Notes: generated by a model from the letters alone, not told the origin. DNA of 63,956 nucleotides, filler included, from Octopus bimaculoides (GCF_001194135.2; 5 parts of 5 records of this genome joined end to end with filler, not necessarily neighbours in it); one strand, 5' to 3'; numbered from the whole stretch's first letter, positions 1 through 12,317 are shown. Translations and numbers: made by a program.

Positions 1-49
<49 letters not shown>
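1..49. repeat. (TG)n microsatellite
   Basis: Direct dinucleotide run; source of the spurious CVCV ORF. Confidence 0.98.
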
Positions 50-51
<2 letters not shown>

Positions 52-60
52 GCGCGCATG

Positions 61-913
61 TATAGGAGATTTGTAAATAGAGTAAAGAGACTTTTTCAGA
101 AAGCAATTTTATTTATAATTAAACTACAAATCAACTTTGTCTCCTTCAAAATAGTTCCCTTGGAAAGCCACACAGCACTCGAAATGTTGATCCCACTCTC
201 CACAGCAATGCTAGAGCATAGGAATCGAAATGGCCTCAAGTTAGTCGGTCTCAGCCTTTTGTTTTTGTTTTTTTGTTTTTTTCCAGCATGTCAAAAATAT
301 GACCTTTGAGATGAATTTTCAATCACGGAAGAGAAAGAAATCACACAGACTCACGTCAGGCGAATATGGGGGCTGAAGGACAACTCTGAAAGCGCAGAAA
401 TTTTCCTCATTCTCAATTGGTTGGTCAAAGCTTGATGGAAGGTCATGTGGTTCAAATTCAGCTTCTCTCTAATCAATCTGACGGTTAACAGACGGTCAGA
501 TCGCACGAGGTCTCTGATTCGTTCCACATTTTCGTCATTTCTTGAAGTTGATGACATTCCTGGTCGTGGGTCATCTTCAACGGATTCTTGATCTAAAAAA
601 AGGTTTTGAACTATCTGAAAATCTGTGAGCTTGATAAAGCAGTCTCCGCGTGAACCTGTTGAAGTTTTGTGTAAGTTTCGGCGGCATTGTATCCGAGTTT
701 GAAACAAAACTTGATCGCACAGCATTATTCGTAACTGTGTTCGCTCATTTTCAGAACACACAAAACAAAATCTCTTCGCAAAATGTGCACTCACAGTTCA
801 TCTGTTAACGCCACGTGGTTAATGCTGAACTGAAGTTTTAGGGTACGTTGATGTGGCAACACCGTAAATGGGAACCCCGCAGTATTGCTAGATCGAACGT
901 TATGAGACCTATA
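61..913 (-). mobile_element. Internally deleted mariner (Tc1/mariner) DNA transposon
   Basis: Minus strand encodes a mariner N-terminal HTH region (ESVEDDPRPG..TSRNDENVERIRDLVRSDRLLTVRLI..LNL..MRKISA). It is fused to the C-terminal PPYSPDVSLCDFFLF..LKIHLKG..QGNYFEGDKVDL* (stop at 124-126). Element ends are approximate and the TIRs match poorly. Confidence 0.88.
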
Positions 914-949
914 TATGCCTTCACCCCACCTAGAAGAATACGCCTTCAT

Positions 950-1340
950 TCCACATAGAAGAATATGCCTTCGCCAACAGAACATGGGATAGCTACAAAA
1001 TATCTTATAAACAAGAGAGATAAAGACGCCGCCATACTTTCGCGTACTTGCCCTAAAATGTCTACAAGATATTATCTACTCTTGAGTCATAGTTGCAAAA
1101 ACTATTTACAATGCTATCCGCACGAAGGAATGCCCTGCTGGATACGTCAACGAATAATGAATTTCCTATTTTATATATTGGAGTAAAATCCTCTTTGAAA
1201 AGATTCCTTTCAAATATACTCTGTCATCATATCGCATTTCCCATGCCTCAGGATATCCTCTTCCTGAAAGCCATTCCATACCGCCTGCAAATTCTACTTG
1301 AATATCATCTACCGTCTAGAGTCGACACCCGTTCCGTTCC
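950..1340 (-). pseudogene. Possible very decayed Penelope-like element fragment
   Basis: DDIQVEFAGGMEWLSGRGYPEAW resembles the post-RT RGYP helix of PLEs; LVYKIFCS resembles a GIY-YIG start. Many stops and frameshifts. Confidence 0.3.
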
Positions 1341-2665
1341 AGTTCCATCTTGGAAACCACGGCAAAGTTACAGAGAAATAACTGAATCTTAGTTTGTTGC
1401 TACTCAAGTATCTAGACGTTTTTATCGGTGTGGCTTAACGTTCATTTACTCTTTGGCTTGCAGATGTGCTGTGATTTCCATACTCACGATTGTGTGGTAG
1501 CTTACGTTTAACTGTACACAGTGGTTTTATTTAAAACTTACAAGTTACTAATTGCTCCCCTGGTGGTATTAAGAAATTATCTCTAATTCTATATTTTTTT
1601 AACGTATCTCTTGTTTCAATGAAGATGAAGTACTTCTCGTAATCGTAGAGACTGCAGTATACAAAAAATGTACTTATTGCTAAAGTTCATTATAGACCAG
1701 ATGACAATGAAGTTATCAATGTCGTGATCTTTCAAGCATCATAAAAATATTGTAGCATTTCTTTTGCAGATTAAAGGTGTACTTAAGGTTTAAGTAGCGG
1801 TTCTTGAAACTCCCCACGCACATTCGGGTACATGATTTAGGGGTTACCTGTCTTTGAGGAACTGAGACAATGGCACGATGATCTGGAGATTTGGTTTTAC
1901 GTAAATTACTGACAGAAAGTAACCCTCCATTCTACAAACTACCGTTATCTCTCCTGTATTGTAGATTAACAGAATTTCTGTAGGCCTGCTGATGAATGTC
2001 TATGAAATTGGCTTGCGAGTTTCTGAGTTTGTTATATGGTTTGGAGCATTTCCTATACGTGATGTAGCTTTCCAAATCCACTATTCAACTATAGCGCACG
2101 TTTCAAATTTTCCAGTTAAATATTTTTGAAATACTTGTATTCTTTGGGAAAAATTTCTGAATCAGTTTTAGGAATGATAATGATAGATTTTTACATTGAC
2201 GCTGGATAGAGAGCAGAAATAGGTTATCTTATTGATAATAGTTTTTTTATGGGTTTTAGTTTGGGGATAAATATAATTTTATCATGAAATCCACTATCCC
2301 CTGGCATTTTGTTATTGTGGCTTACCGTTTTATCAAATGTTGCTTTCGAGAGAAAGAAATAGATAGTCAAGTAGTTAAATATGTATAAACGTAGATAGAT
2401 AAACAGTCAGGTAGATAGACGAAGCGATAGATAGACGGATAAATAAAAAGAGAGAGAAAGAATTATGTGAGTGTATGTATATGTATATGGAGTGCATGTA
2501 TATGTTACCACCGGCAACATATCTATCTGGTACCGGCATGCGACTACCTACCGTAATACGCTGCATACAGCTGATGCCTACTGGGCGTTTCAACAAAAGT
2601 TACAGGATGTCATGTGCAATTACCAGTAAATGTCCATAATATGGTGTAGAGTTGTTAATCTGGAG

Positions 2666-2785
2666 TAGAGATTCCCAAAGTGTGTTCAACAAAACCCCAG
2701 GATTCCCTGAAAGTTATCAGGGGTTCCACGTTTTTAAAAATAATGTCGAAGGATTCCGCGGCAAAATAAAGTTTGGGAACCACTG
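2666..2785. mobile_element. hAT-type MITE (120 bp)
   Basis: Ends TAGAGATTCCCAAAG and GTTTGGGAACCACTG (degenerate CAGTGGTTCCCAAAC TIR); flanks ATCTGGAG / ATCTAGCG match 6/8 as an 8-bp TSD. Confidence 0.7.
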
Positions 2786-2786
2786 A

Positions 2787-3012
2787 TCTAGCGATTAACT
2801 AAATGTCTTTTAGCTTACCGAAGTCATGCCTCAGTACGAATTCATACAGTGGTGTTTGCTGTTGTTTGCTGATAGTGCTGTCTATGAAACATGTTTCTCG
2901 TCTAGCGATTAGTTGAATGTTTTTAGGCTAATCAAAGCCATGCCTTTGTACGAATTCAAACTGGCGTTTGCCAATGTTCGCCAATAGTGCTGTCAGTGAA
3001 ACACGTTTCTCA
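2787..3012 (+). repeat. Diverged two-unit tandem duplication, about 114-bp unit
   Basis: Units start TCTAGCGATTA at 2787 and 2901 and share CATGCC..GTACGAATTCA..ATAGTGCTGTC..GAAACA.GTTTCTC. Confidence 0.8.
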
Positions 3013-3392
3013 CCACGTGAACAATGAGTGTATGACGCATGTGTTTGTTGTGCTTCATAATATATGCAAGCTTGCAGCATATCCTGTACATACATTTTAG
3101 TAATGGTGATGTAGCACCCATCAACAGATGTGTAGTGCTCGCTACTAAATGGTGTTTAACTATAAGCACCGAGCATTCCATTGTAAGCATTAAGCATTTC
3201 CCCTATAGAGCAGGCTACAGTAAGGTAGCAACACAATTTTGTAACTGTGTTATTTCCACGTACAGGAGAATACGGTACCTTGACCCACAAATGTTGTCCT
3301 GTTGTTCGTGAAATTCTAGAGTCGACTTTTATACGGGGTCTATGGAAAATTCCCAATTTTTACATGAGATCGACTATTACTCGAGTATATTC

Positions 3393-3725
3393 GGTATATA
3401 CGGCTCAGTGGTTAGAGCGTCGAGCTTACGATCGCGAGGTTGTGAATTCGAATCCCGGACCGGGCTGTGTGTTGTGTTCTTGAGCAAGACACTTTACTTC
3501 ACGTTACTCCAGTTCACTCAGCTGTAGAAATGAGTTGCGACGTCACAGGTGCCAAGCTGTATCGGCCCTTGCCTTTCCCTTGGATAACACTGGTGGCGTA
3601 GAGAGGGGAGACCGGTATGCATGGGCGACTGCTGGTCTGCCATAAACAACCTTGCCCGAACTTGTGCCTCTGAGGGTAACTTTCTAGGTGCAATCCCATG
3701 GTCAGTCATGACCGAAGGGGGTCTC
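3393..3725 (+). mobile_element. tRNA-derived SINE (tRNA-Arg-like head, CORE/Meta-like centre)
   Basis: A box GGCTCAGTGGTTAGAGC, B box GAATTCGAATCCC, ACG in the anticodon-like loop, then TTGAGCAAGACACTTTA core; followed by (TA)n. Confidence 0.85.
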
Positions 3726-3729
3726 AGCA

Positions 3730-3766
<37 letters not shown>

Positions 3767-4015
3767 CAAAGGATGTAGCAACTGTTAACAATATAGCATA
3801 AGAACTTACNNNNNNNNNNNNNNNNNNNNNNNNNNNNNNNNNNNNNNNNNNNNNNNNNNNNNNNNNNNNNNNNNNNNNNNNNNNNNNNNNNNNNNNNNNN
3901 NNNNNNNNNNNNNNNNNNNNNNNNNNNNNNNNNNNNNNNNNNNNNNNNNNNNNNNNNNNNNNNNNNNNNNNNNNNNNNNNNNNNNNNNNNNNNNNNNNNN
4001 NNNNNNNNNNNNNNN

Positions 4016-4051
<36 letters not shown>

Positions 4052-4106
4052 CACACACACATATATATATATATATACATATGTATGTATATTTACATAC
4101 ACACAC

Positions 4107-4164
<58 letters not shown>

Positions 4165-4368
4165 CTATGTGCGTGAGTATATATAGGTAGATAGATATAG
4201 ACATCAATGTTTTTTGTGTAAAGATATATATATCACAGTCAAATATCATGTGGCAATCTTTATATCCAACTTAACGTCGATGTTTTGTTTGAATGCTGAA
4301 TGCTGCGTTATTTACCTTGAGAGGATATCTCATATGGACGCATGGTGCATATCGTTGACCGACGGGAG

Positions 4369-4385
4369 TCATCTTGCTACAGGCG
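4369..4385 (-). CDS. Candidate terminal coding segment of minus-strand gene
   Basis: Acceptor CTGGCTGTTCCAG| at 4385. Spliced to the 4723-4658 exon it gives (A)PVAR*. Alternatively a 70-nt exon to a donor at 4316 reads ACSKMTPVGQRYAPCVHMRYPLK in another phase. Confidence 0.25.
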
Positions 4386-4657
4386 CTGGAACAGCCAGAT
4401 CACGTTATTTCGACCTACTCTTTCTCCTCGGTGACAGACTTCCGGTAAATGATGCAGTATTTGGTGTTTTAGCAAAATATTCACTTTAAGTTTCTCATAA
4501 AGATTACTTTTGGTATTAATACTGCTACTGTTGATAATAATTATTTATTAGTTGAATGTTAAATTTTTAAAAATCACACAATGATTTTTACCAAAGTACC
4601 ATATTTATTTATTTTTACAAGGAAAAGATTAACAGTGACTTCGAAACTGCAGCTTAC

Positions 4658-4723
4658 CTACCGTCGTCAGACTGTCTAACGACGGCAAATAAGGCGGCAC
4701 TCCGAACACCCAGTCAATCTTAT
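4658..4723 (-). CDS. Candidate 66-nt symmetric (phase 1-1) exon
   Basis: Acceptor GTTTGCAG| and donor AG|GTAAGC; open frame xKIDWVFGVPPYLPSLDSLTTV; GC-rich relative to flanks. Confidence 0.45.
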
Positions 4724-5047
4724 CTGCAAACTCACACACACACACACACACATACATATAGACGTCTTTAAAGTGATTTTTACCGGATAAAGAACAGCAG
4801 CTTCAAGCGTCAAAACAAGACGTGTAAATACATTGTATTGACTATGTTTACATTATAGAGCTGTTTCTATTGCATAATCCGAATACGCGCGCACGCGCAC
4901 ATACATATACACACACACACATACACACACATACACACACACATACACACAAGTAAGTACGTAGATGCAACTCAAGATGGAAAAATAGTACTCGAATACC
5001 AAAGGTAGATGAATGCGTTGTTTATTAAAGCTGAAAAAATCTTTACA

Positions 5048-5089
5048 AACCGTTACTCGGAGTTTCACGCTACCATTCGTCAGACAGTT
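5048..5089 (-). ncRNA. Putative minimal type-I hammerhead ribozyme
   Basis: AACUGU-CUGACGA-AUG(GUAG)CGU-GAAA-CU(CCG)AG-UA^-ACGGUU. All core nucleotides are present, with a 6-bp stem I, 3-bp stem II, near-palindromic stem III and GUA cleavage triplet. Confidence 0.72.
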
Positions 5090-5769
5090 GCAACGAATGG
5101 TCACACGAAACTCCGAGTAAGAGTTTGTGAAAATTTTTCGCTTTAATGAATAGTGTGTGTGTGTGTGTGTGGAACAGCTACCAACTTTCTAAGTTTCTAA
5201 GCTAGGATTTGAAATCGAATCCACATTTAAATACGAGTCCTCGGCCTATTGTTTTAGCCTGTTGCACTAAGAAATTTATGAGAATAAGCTAATCTCCTGC
5301 TCTTTCTCTAGGTATTCATCACTCAAATTTGATTAGAAAGGAAAGATACTTTGTTTTTGCTTGATCTAATTTAGTTAAGAATATAAATACGTGAAACCAA
5401 ATAGCTTTCTTTTTTTTTGGGTCGACCCATCTTTGGTCGAAAAACAAATCTCGCTGTACGTTGATCAACGTACAAAAGTAGATTTACCACCCTCTCTACT
5501 TAACTAGACTTTATTACTCTATCTCTCTTCTTTAGTAGTAACTCACAGATGAAGTTAGCTACCATACATAATGCACACGGTACTAAAGACAATTTGTTTA
5601 CTATCACAACAAACAAGTTGTGTACACAGACTATCGAAGAAGCTGTACTTTCTATATTGTAACGAGTAACATTATAGCCATATAAATAAATGACCATTTT
5701 AATAATTAATTAATATTCTTCTTCACTCATTCGTTTATCCGATGCATCTTGACATTAAACTTAGTCGTT

Positions 5770-6100
5770 AAATGTACATATATATATACACGAGTACATG
5801 GAACATGAACTATTCTTTCGAACAACGAAAGAAACAAATTGAAAACAAAACAAACAACATAAAGAACGACCCTTCATCAGTTGTTGGCTGTTTTTCTAGT
5901 TTCGTATTTCGAGCATTTAACAACAATATACGCTTTCGATAAAACAGTTGCTCCCGCAAAGCAAATTAGATAAAATGTGGGATCTTGCGGAGGGTCAAAA
6001 TTGGTAATACAAACAAGACTGAAAACAAACAGGAAGGGCTGCTAAGCCTAAACGAGGTTGTGGTGGGGAACGCGTGAATCAAGCTAGGACAGGAGATATG
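5770..6100. repeat. Unclassified interspersed repeat between (TA)n tracts
   Basis: Recognised from memory as a common octopus repeat; single copy in this window, class unknown. Confidence 0.3.
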
Positions 6101-6102
6101 TA

Positions 6103-6151
<49 letters not shown>

Positions 6152-6978
6152 NNNNNNNNNNNNNNNNNNNNNNNNNNNNNNNNNNNNNNNNNTGTGTGTG
6201 TGTGTGTGTATGTATATATGAATTTAAAGCCCGTTCAACCAAGCCTACGAGATAACCTAGTCAGATATGTTGCTTACCTATCAGGCTCGTAAAAAGTGAA
6301 GGAAAAAAAACGTCTAACGAAGTAGGTTTGTTTGGGTCGTAGTTAAAAGCCTTCCATAGCGTTGCTAACCGCAACGAATTTGTTACTTCATTGTTTAACA
6401 CATAGTAATACAAATGAAATTCAGAACATGTTGCTGCATGATTAAATGGTAGTGATGTGTATGGTAGTTTACTGCAAAAAACTATGAAGTGGTGTCGCAG
6501 AAATTTAAGAGAAGTGGGAGTTCTGGGGATGTATGAATGATAAATGAAGCCGGTATTGAACAAAGCATTGTTGTATTAAAGAGATATGTGTGTATGTGTG
6601 TATGTGTGTGTGTGTGCGTGTGCGTGCATGCGTGTGTGTGTGTGTATGTGTGTGTGTGTGCGTGCGCGTGCGTGCGTGCATGCGTGTGTGCGTATGTGTG
6701 TGCGTGTAAGTGTGCGAATGTGTGGGCGCTTTTAAATGCTTTTTGTATGAAGAACAAAAAACAACCCGCAACAGAGAACATTTATAAATAGTGATCAATG
6801 TATAAATATGTGTGCGTGTGTGAATATGCTGACTCAACATGTACACACACACACATGTACATCCATAATGCTGAAAGCGAAGTGAAGACGAATGCAATTT
6901 TCTAACACTAACTATAGATTCTTGTGTGTGTGTGAGTGTATGAATGTATGTATTTATGTCTCTAAGAATGTACATACA

Positions 6979-7027
<49 letters not shown>

Positions 7028-7108
7028 GTATATATATATATATANNNNNNNNNNNNNNNNNNNNNNNNNNNNNNNNNNNNNNNNNNNNNNNNNNNNGAGA
7101 GAGAGAAG

Positions 7109-7139
<31 letters not shown>

Positions 7140-8000
7140 GGAGAGAGAGAGAGGGAGAGAGAGAGGGAGAGAGAGAGAGAGCAATGTAGGGGATCAATAG
7201 GTGGTATTCATCAACTTTTAGACATTATATTATGTCTATTTATTTACTAAAAGGACAATTATAACAATATACATATATGTATAACATATTATGCTTTACA
7301 TATATAATATATAAAATATAAAGATATATAACATAGAGCAATAGAAGTATTCTACCAGCAGTATATTGGATAGATATTATCCCTTGGTTGGATTCACAAC
7401 CTCTAACTTTCTTGGAATTATATATNNNNNNNNNNNNNNNNNNNNNNNNNNNNNNNNNNNNNNNNNNNNNNNNNNNNNNNNNNNNNNNNNNNNNNNNNNN
7501 NNNNNNNNNNNNNNNNNNNNNNNNNNNNNNNNNNNNNNNNNNNNNNNNNNNNNNNNNNNNNNNNNNNNNNNNNNNNNNNNNNNNNNNNNNNNNNNNNNNN
7601 NNNNNNNNNNNNNNNNNNNNNNNNNNNNNNNNNNNNNNNNNNNNNNNNNNNNNNNNNNNNNNNNNNNNNNNNNNNNNNNNNNNNNNNNNNNNNNNNNNNN
7701 NNNNNNNNNNNNNNNNNNNNNNNNNNNNNNNNNNNNNNNNNNNNNNNNNNNNNNNNNNNNNNNNNNNATATATATGTATGTATGTATATATCGTCAGTAA
7801 CTCATATATCTGAAAGAGAAGCACACTTTAAAACATTAGAGCAATAATATATTTAGAAGGTTATTATGGCCGGTGAGAGCGTTGTAGAGAGGTTATGTGC
7901 CTCCGGCCACTTGAGTCTCACCAGTCGCTTATACAGCCAACAGTCACTCTCTGAAAGACCATAACAAGCAACCTTCTAAACATATATAAACGTGTGCATG

Positions 8001-8041
<41 letters not shown>

Positions 8042-8112
8042 ATGTACCCTAGCATGGCCGCAGTCTAATGACTGAAACAAGTAAAAAACGGTAAAAAAAA
8101 GATATATTCTTT

Positions 8113-8505
8113 GATTCTTTTCGGTCATTTGACTCCAGCCATGCTGGAGCACCGCCTTTTAGTCGAAGAAATCTAACCCAGGACCTCTTCCTTGTAAGCT
8201 TGGTACTTATTCTATCGGCCTCTTTTGACGAACCGCTAAGTTACAGGGACATAAACACACCAACATCGGTTATCAAGCGACGGTGGGATGACAAACACAG
8301 ACACAATAACACACATAAATATATACATATACATATACGACGGGCTTCTTTTAGTTTCCGTCTACCAAATCCACTCATAAGGCTTTGGTTGTCCCGAGGC
8401 TATAATAGAAGACACTTGCCCAGGGTGTCTCACTTACATCTATACTATATATATATATGCATATGTGAGGTTGGGAAGCAAGCTTCTTACCACACAGCCA
8501 CGCCT
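8113..8505 (-). mobile_element. SINE family B (tRNA head, internal TA/TG microsatellite)
   Basis: Reverse complement of GGCGTGGCTGTGTGGTAAGAAGCTTGCTTCCC..GGGCAAGTGTCTTCT..GGAAACTAAAAGAAGCCCGTCG..GGTGCTCCAGCATGGC; matches five other copies in the window. Confidence 0.9.
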
Positions 8506-8627
8506 ACACGCACCATAATTTTAATAGTTGTTGTATATAAGTGAAGGCGTGCGTACACACACACACACACATACATACATACATACATACATGTAAATGT
8601 GTATTATCTATCGATCGATAGATTGAT

Positions 8628-8862
8628 AGGTGGCGAGCTGGCAGAAACGTTAGCAGGCCTGGCGGAATGCTTAGCGGTATTTCGTCTGCCGTTGCGTTCT
8701 GAGTTCAAATTCCGCCGAGGTTGACTTTGCCTCTCGTCCTTTCGGGGTCGATGAATTAAGAACCAGTTACGCACTGGGGTCGATGTAATCGACCTAATCC
8801 CTTTGTCTGTCCTTGTTTGTCCCCTCCATATTTAGCCCCTTGTGGGCAATAAAGAAATAAGA
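8628..8862 (+). mobile_element. SINE family A
   Basis: GGCGAGCTGGCAGAAACGTTAG (A box), GAGTTCAAATTCC (B box), CCTTTCGGGGTCGAT core; more than 20 copies in the window. Confidence 0.9.
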
Positions 8863-9549
8863 TAGATATTCACCGAGGGAGATCAGATAATAAAAAACTG
8901 CATCTTTCATTTGGGTGAAGCCATTCAGTGGGGAAAAAAAGTCTGCAGGAACAACTACTGTAAACGCTCGAATTGAATAGATTGAAGATCTGCATCGAAT
9001 AGACGAGAGCTTGGATCTCTACTACAACAGCGTTGATAAACCCCGTCGTGACATCCGCTATAATTTTTATAACAACAAGGGTTCTCATAGTTGTTTCCTT
9101 GATATTAGTATTGGTATAAATGCGGCTAATATCACTTTTAACAGTGACATCAACCTCCGTAACAATCACTTGGGAAATATGAAGCATTACAATATTTACA
9201 GCAATAACCCTAAAAAACCTGAAAAAGGTGGACAGAAATATAACGGAGAACGTAAGGTATACCGCTAATATTAATAATACCATTACTGCAGGTAATACTT
9301 CCATTGGTGAAGGTAGCGTGAACATTATTAATAATAGCTATTGTACGCATAGTGAGAACACAATTAACAACAACAACAATAATACTGGTATCCATATGAA
9401 TATTAATAGTTATATCTAGAATTATCAAACTATGCCAAAAATTTTGATATTAATAATGATGACGGTAATGATGGTAGTATTAATGTTAGGGGCTAACAAT
9501 AGAGCTAACTATACCTTGAAATAACAAATAATGCGCTGCAAGTAAACAG

Positions 9550-9935
9550 CAATAAGATGTGTAACCTCAAAATACCGACCAATTGTCTTTTGACGGGTAT
9601 TTGTCTACAACACAGGCCTATTCCACAAAAATTCCTATTGGATCAACGGTCAATTTTAAGCACCGATTTCTTGGACATGCTACCGCCTTCTCGAATGTTA
9701 ATTATAAACTATCTTCCTCCCTGACTACCTACATGCACAACCTGAAGGCTAAGAGTATTCCTTTCGACAGGTCCTGGTACCTAATAGGTATTAGATTACA
9801 GTACACAGAAAGTCAGCTATTATGTGATTATCTACGGTGAGCTCCTCGAAATATTATGCGAGAACGAAGACCGTCGCTTTAATCGCTTCTGTAACGTAAT
9901 TACCTCATGTCATCATCGTTATTACGAAACTTTTT
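9550..9935 (+). pseudogene. Penelope-like element GIY-YIG endonuclease remnant
   Basis: Frameshifted KMCNLKIPTNCLLTGICL / PIGSTVNFKHRFLGHATAF..SSSLTTYMHNLKAKSIPFDRSW / LEILCENEDRRFNR..ITSCHHR. This matches the CNC..CPL.G.CL + YIGST..FK.R..H..SF + LNKR.E....CRH layout of PLE endonucleases. Confidence 0.75.
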
Positions 9936-10053
9936 CCTATTACCATAAATCATTTTGCTCCGACCAAATTAGTTCAGCCTTCCTATTATCCTTTCTGTAT
10001 TTTCAGTGGTGAAGTGTTTAAACACAAACGCAAAGACAAACTCGCGCCCATAC

Positions 10054-10084
<31 letters not shown>

Positions 10085-10100
<16 letters not shown>

Positions 10101-10283
10101 CAATGAGTTTCTTTCAGTTTCCGTCTACCAAATTCACTCACAAGGCTTTGATCGGCCCAAGCACTTTAATCGGCCCAAGGCAGTGTTTGATCGGCCCAAA
10201 ACCCCAAAAAACACTTGCCCAGTTGTCACACAATGAGATTGAACAAGAAACCATGTAGTCGGGAAGCAAACTTCTTACCAAAC
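10085..10283 (-). mobile_element. SINE family B, partial
   Basis: TTTCAGTTTCCGTCTACCAAATTCACTCACAAGGCTTTGATCGGCCC..ACTTGCCC..CTTCTTACCAAACAGTCACGCC. Confidence 0.85.
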
Positions 10284-10669
10284 AGTCACGCCTACGCCTA
10301 TTTATNNNNNNNNNNNNNNNNNNNNNNNNNNNNNNNNNNNNNNNNNNNNNNNNNNNNNNNNNNNNNNNNNNNNNNNNNNNNNNNNNNNNNNNNNNNNNNN
10401 NNNNNNNNNNNNNNNNNNNNNNNNNNNNNNNNNNNNNNNNNNNNNNNNNNNNNNNNNNNNNNNNNNNNNNNNNNNNNNNNNNNNNNNNNNNNNNNNNNNN
10501 NNTCAACACAATTTTTATAAATACATTCCTTATACTTGCTATTTAATTTTTTTTTTTTATTAATCTTTGTTTTTATTACTTATATATTTATTTATCTATT
10601 TGTCAACAGACACTTTAAGTACTCCTCAATATATATATCTATTCTATCTACATATATGAGGCTCTGCAA

Positions 10670-12221
10670 TACGGTGGAGCGAAAAAGGTACTTTTTACAC
10701 AGATATTCGAAATATGTTTTTAAGATTATTATTTTTTTTTTTTGCGAAATCCTTTAAAAATAACTGTATTAAAATCTGAAGTTCTTAAATTTACATCTTC
10801 AGGCTCCGCAGCCCACTTGAAATTTTGTATAATGAGCGAAAAATCAATTTATAACTCATTTGCCGTTCTTCATTTTATTTTTACATTCATTGTTACGAAT
10901 CAGTTTTCTTTTGCAAAATCTTTTAAAAACATGTGTGTTAAAATCTGAAGACTGCAATGCAATTAAAATTTCGAAATTATGTGAAATATACAGACTTTTC
11001 GACTTTGTTTTCTTTATTATTTTTAATACCAAGTCACTGAACATATGTGTTACATGAGGTCTAGATTACACACACATCAAAATAGATCAAACAAATTGTC
11101 AAGATTGTAGCTGAAAAGATAATTCTTCTTTGGCAAAAGGCATCCATCTCTTGTGTTACAACTGAGTCAGTTAAACCGATAATCTTAAACTTTCCTTTGC
11201 TGACGTAGAAGGGCGACTGTAATCTGGCCGATTCTTTGTAATCAACCTCTGAACGTTCTGTTTAGATACTGCTTGATCTATTCCGCCAATGACCATTTTT
11301 CGATTTGTCAGTTGATCCTGTAAAAAATCTTGTTCTCTCTGTGGTACTTTTTTGTCTCTACTACAACTGCAGTTTTTAAAGGAGTTCCACTTGCAACAGG
11401 AAATGTCAAATAAATCTTTTGTTGCATTGTTTTAAAACACATTACACTTTGTTTGAAACAACGGCACATTTTTTTCTATTTTTCACAGATCTTAGTAATC
11501 TTTGGTATTTCTGATAAAAGTTTAAGATCTTCGGTTTAACTGACTCAATTGTGACGCAAGGGATGGATGCCTTTTACAGGACAATTTGTTTAATTGAAGG
11601 CTCTTTCTTAACTACATTCTTTTCTTTTTCTCGTTCAAATAAAACACATTTTAGTACGTCCTTGTAAGCTGGCAAAACTCGCTCGCTAAGATCACATGGA
11701 GTACCAAATATTGGGCGTTCAATATCATGACGCGTTATTGGCTTATGAGACATCACTAAATGTAAACAACTCTAAATTTAACACGATCATTAATTTTAAT
11801 ACGATGGCCTAAAGTCAAGATACAAAACAGAAAACTTCACTCGTATACAACGTACGTCCACAGGCAACAACGGTTGCAGCGGCACTGGAGAGAAATTCAC
11901 ACTCCTGTTCTCTTTATAGTCGATGCGGAATCTCAAGATATTGGTCAATTGTATTGAAACTTGGTATGAAATTTCCTAAGAATAGTATATTTACTGTTTT
12001 GTGTTCTTCTATGTAGAGATATGTATTCATTACGACTTATAAGCCATGAAATCCAAAATTTCACCATAAATAGCAATTTTTAAATTTTAACTGCGTTGCG
12101 GAGCATTACAGAATTATTTAACCACAATGTTCTTTATACACCTTTCTTTTAACTTTAATTTGCAACAAAATATTAATTCTTAGTTGCCAATTTCGAAAGT
12201 TGCATTTTTCGCTCCACACTA
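10670..12221 (-). mobile_element. Internally deleted hATm-like DNA transposon (1552 bp)
   Basis: TIRs TACGGTGGAGCGAAAAA and TTTTTCGCTCCACACTA; flanks CTCTGCAA / GTCTGCAA give a 7/8 8-bp TSD. Minus strand carries the transposase N-terminus IFGTPCDLSERVLPAYKDVL..KASIP..LFDISCCK..CSCSRDKKVPQREQDFLQDQLTNRKMVIGGID. The hATm subfamily name is from memory. Confidence 0.85.
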
Positions 12222-12317
12222 GTCTGCAATGTAGCTAGGCGTTATATTGTAAAGTCGTATGAATTTATTGCCTATAAGGTCATAAATAAAGGAGCGTTAA
12301 CATTATGCAAATAAAAG

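Noticed and set aside
1950-2330. Possible PLE thumb and PYNK motifs on the minus strand
   Set aside because: Similarity is only impressionistic in AT-rich sequence.
3393-3465. tRNA-like sequences (also 44368, 57750, 59150, 54160)
   Set aside because: A and B boxes are present but there is no proper acceptor stem, and each continues into a SINE body; not tRNA genes.
5800-5895. CUGAUGA on the minus strand in a repeat
   Set aside because: No stem II-GAAA-stem III-NUH arrangement can be built.
7852-7981. Inverted repeat TTTAGAAGGTT..AACCTTCTAAA with a hammerhead-like look
   Set aside because: Core and stem III are too degenerate; may be a relative of the 43488 family or a MITE.
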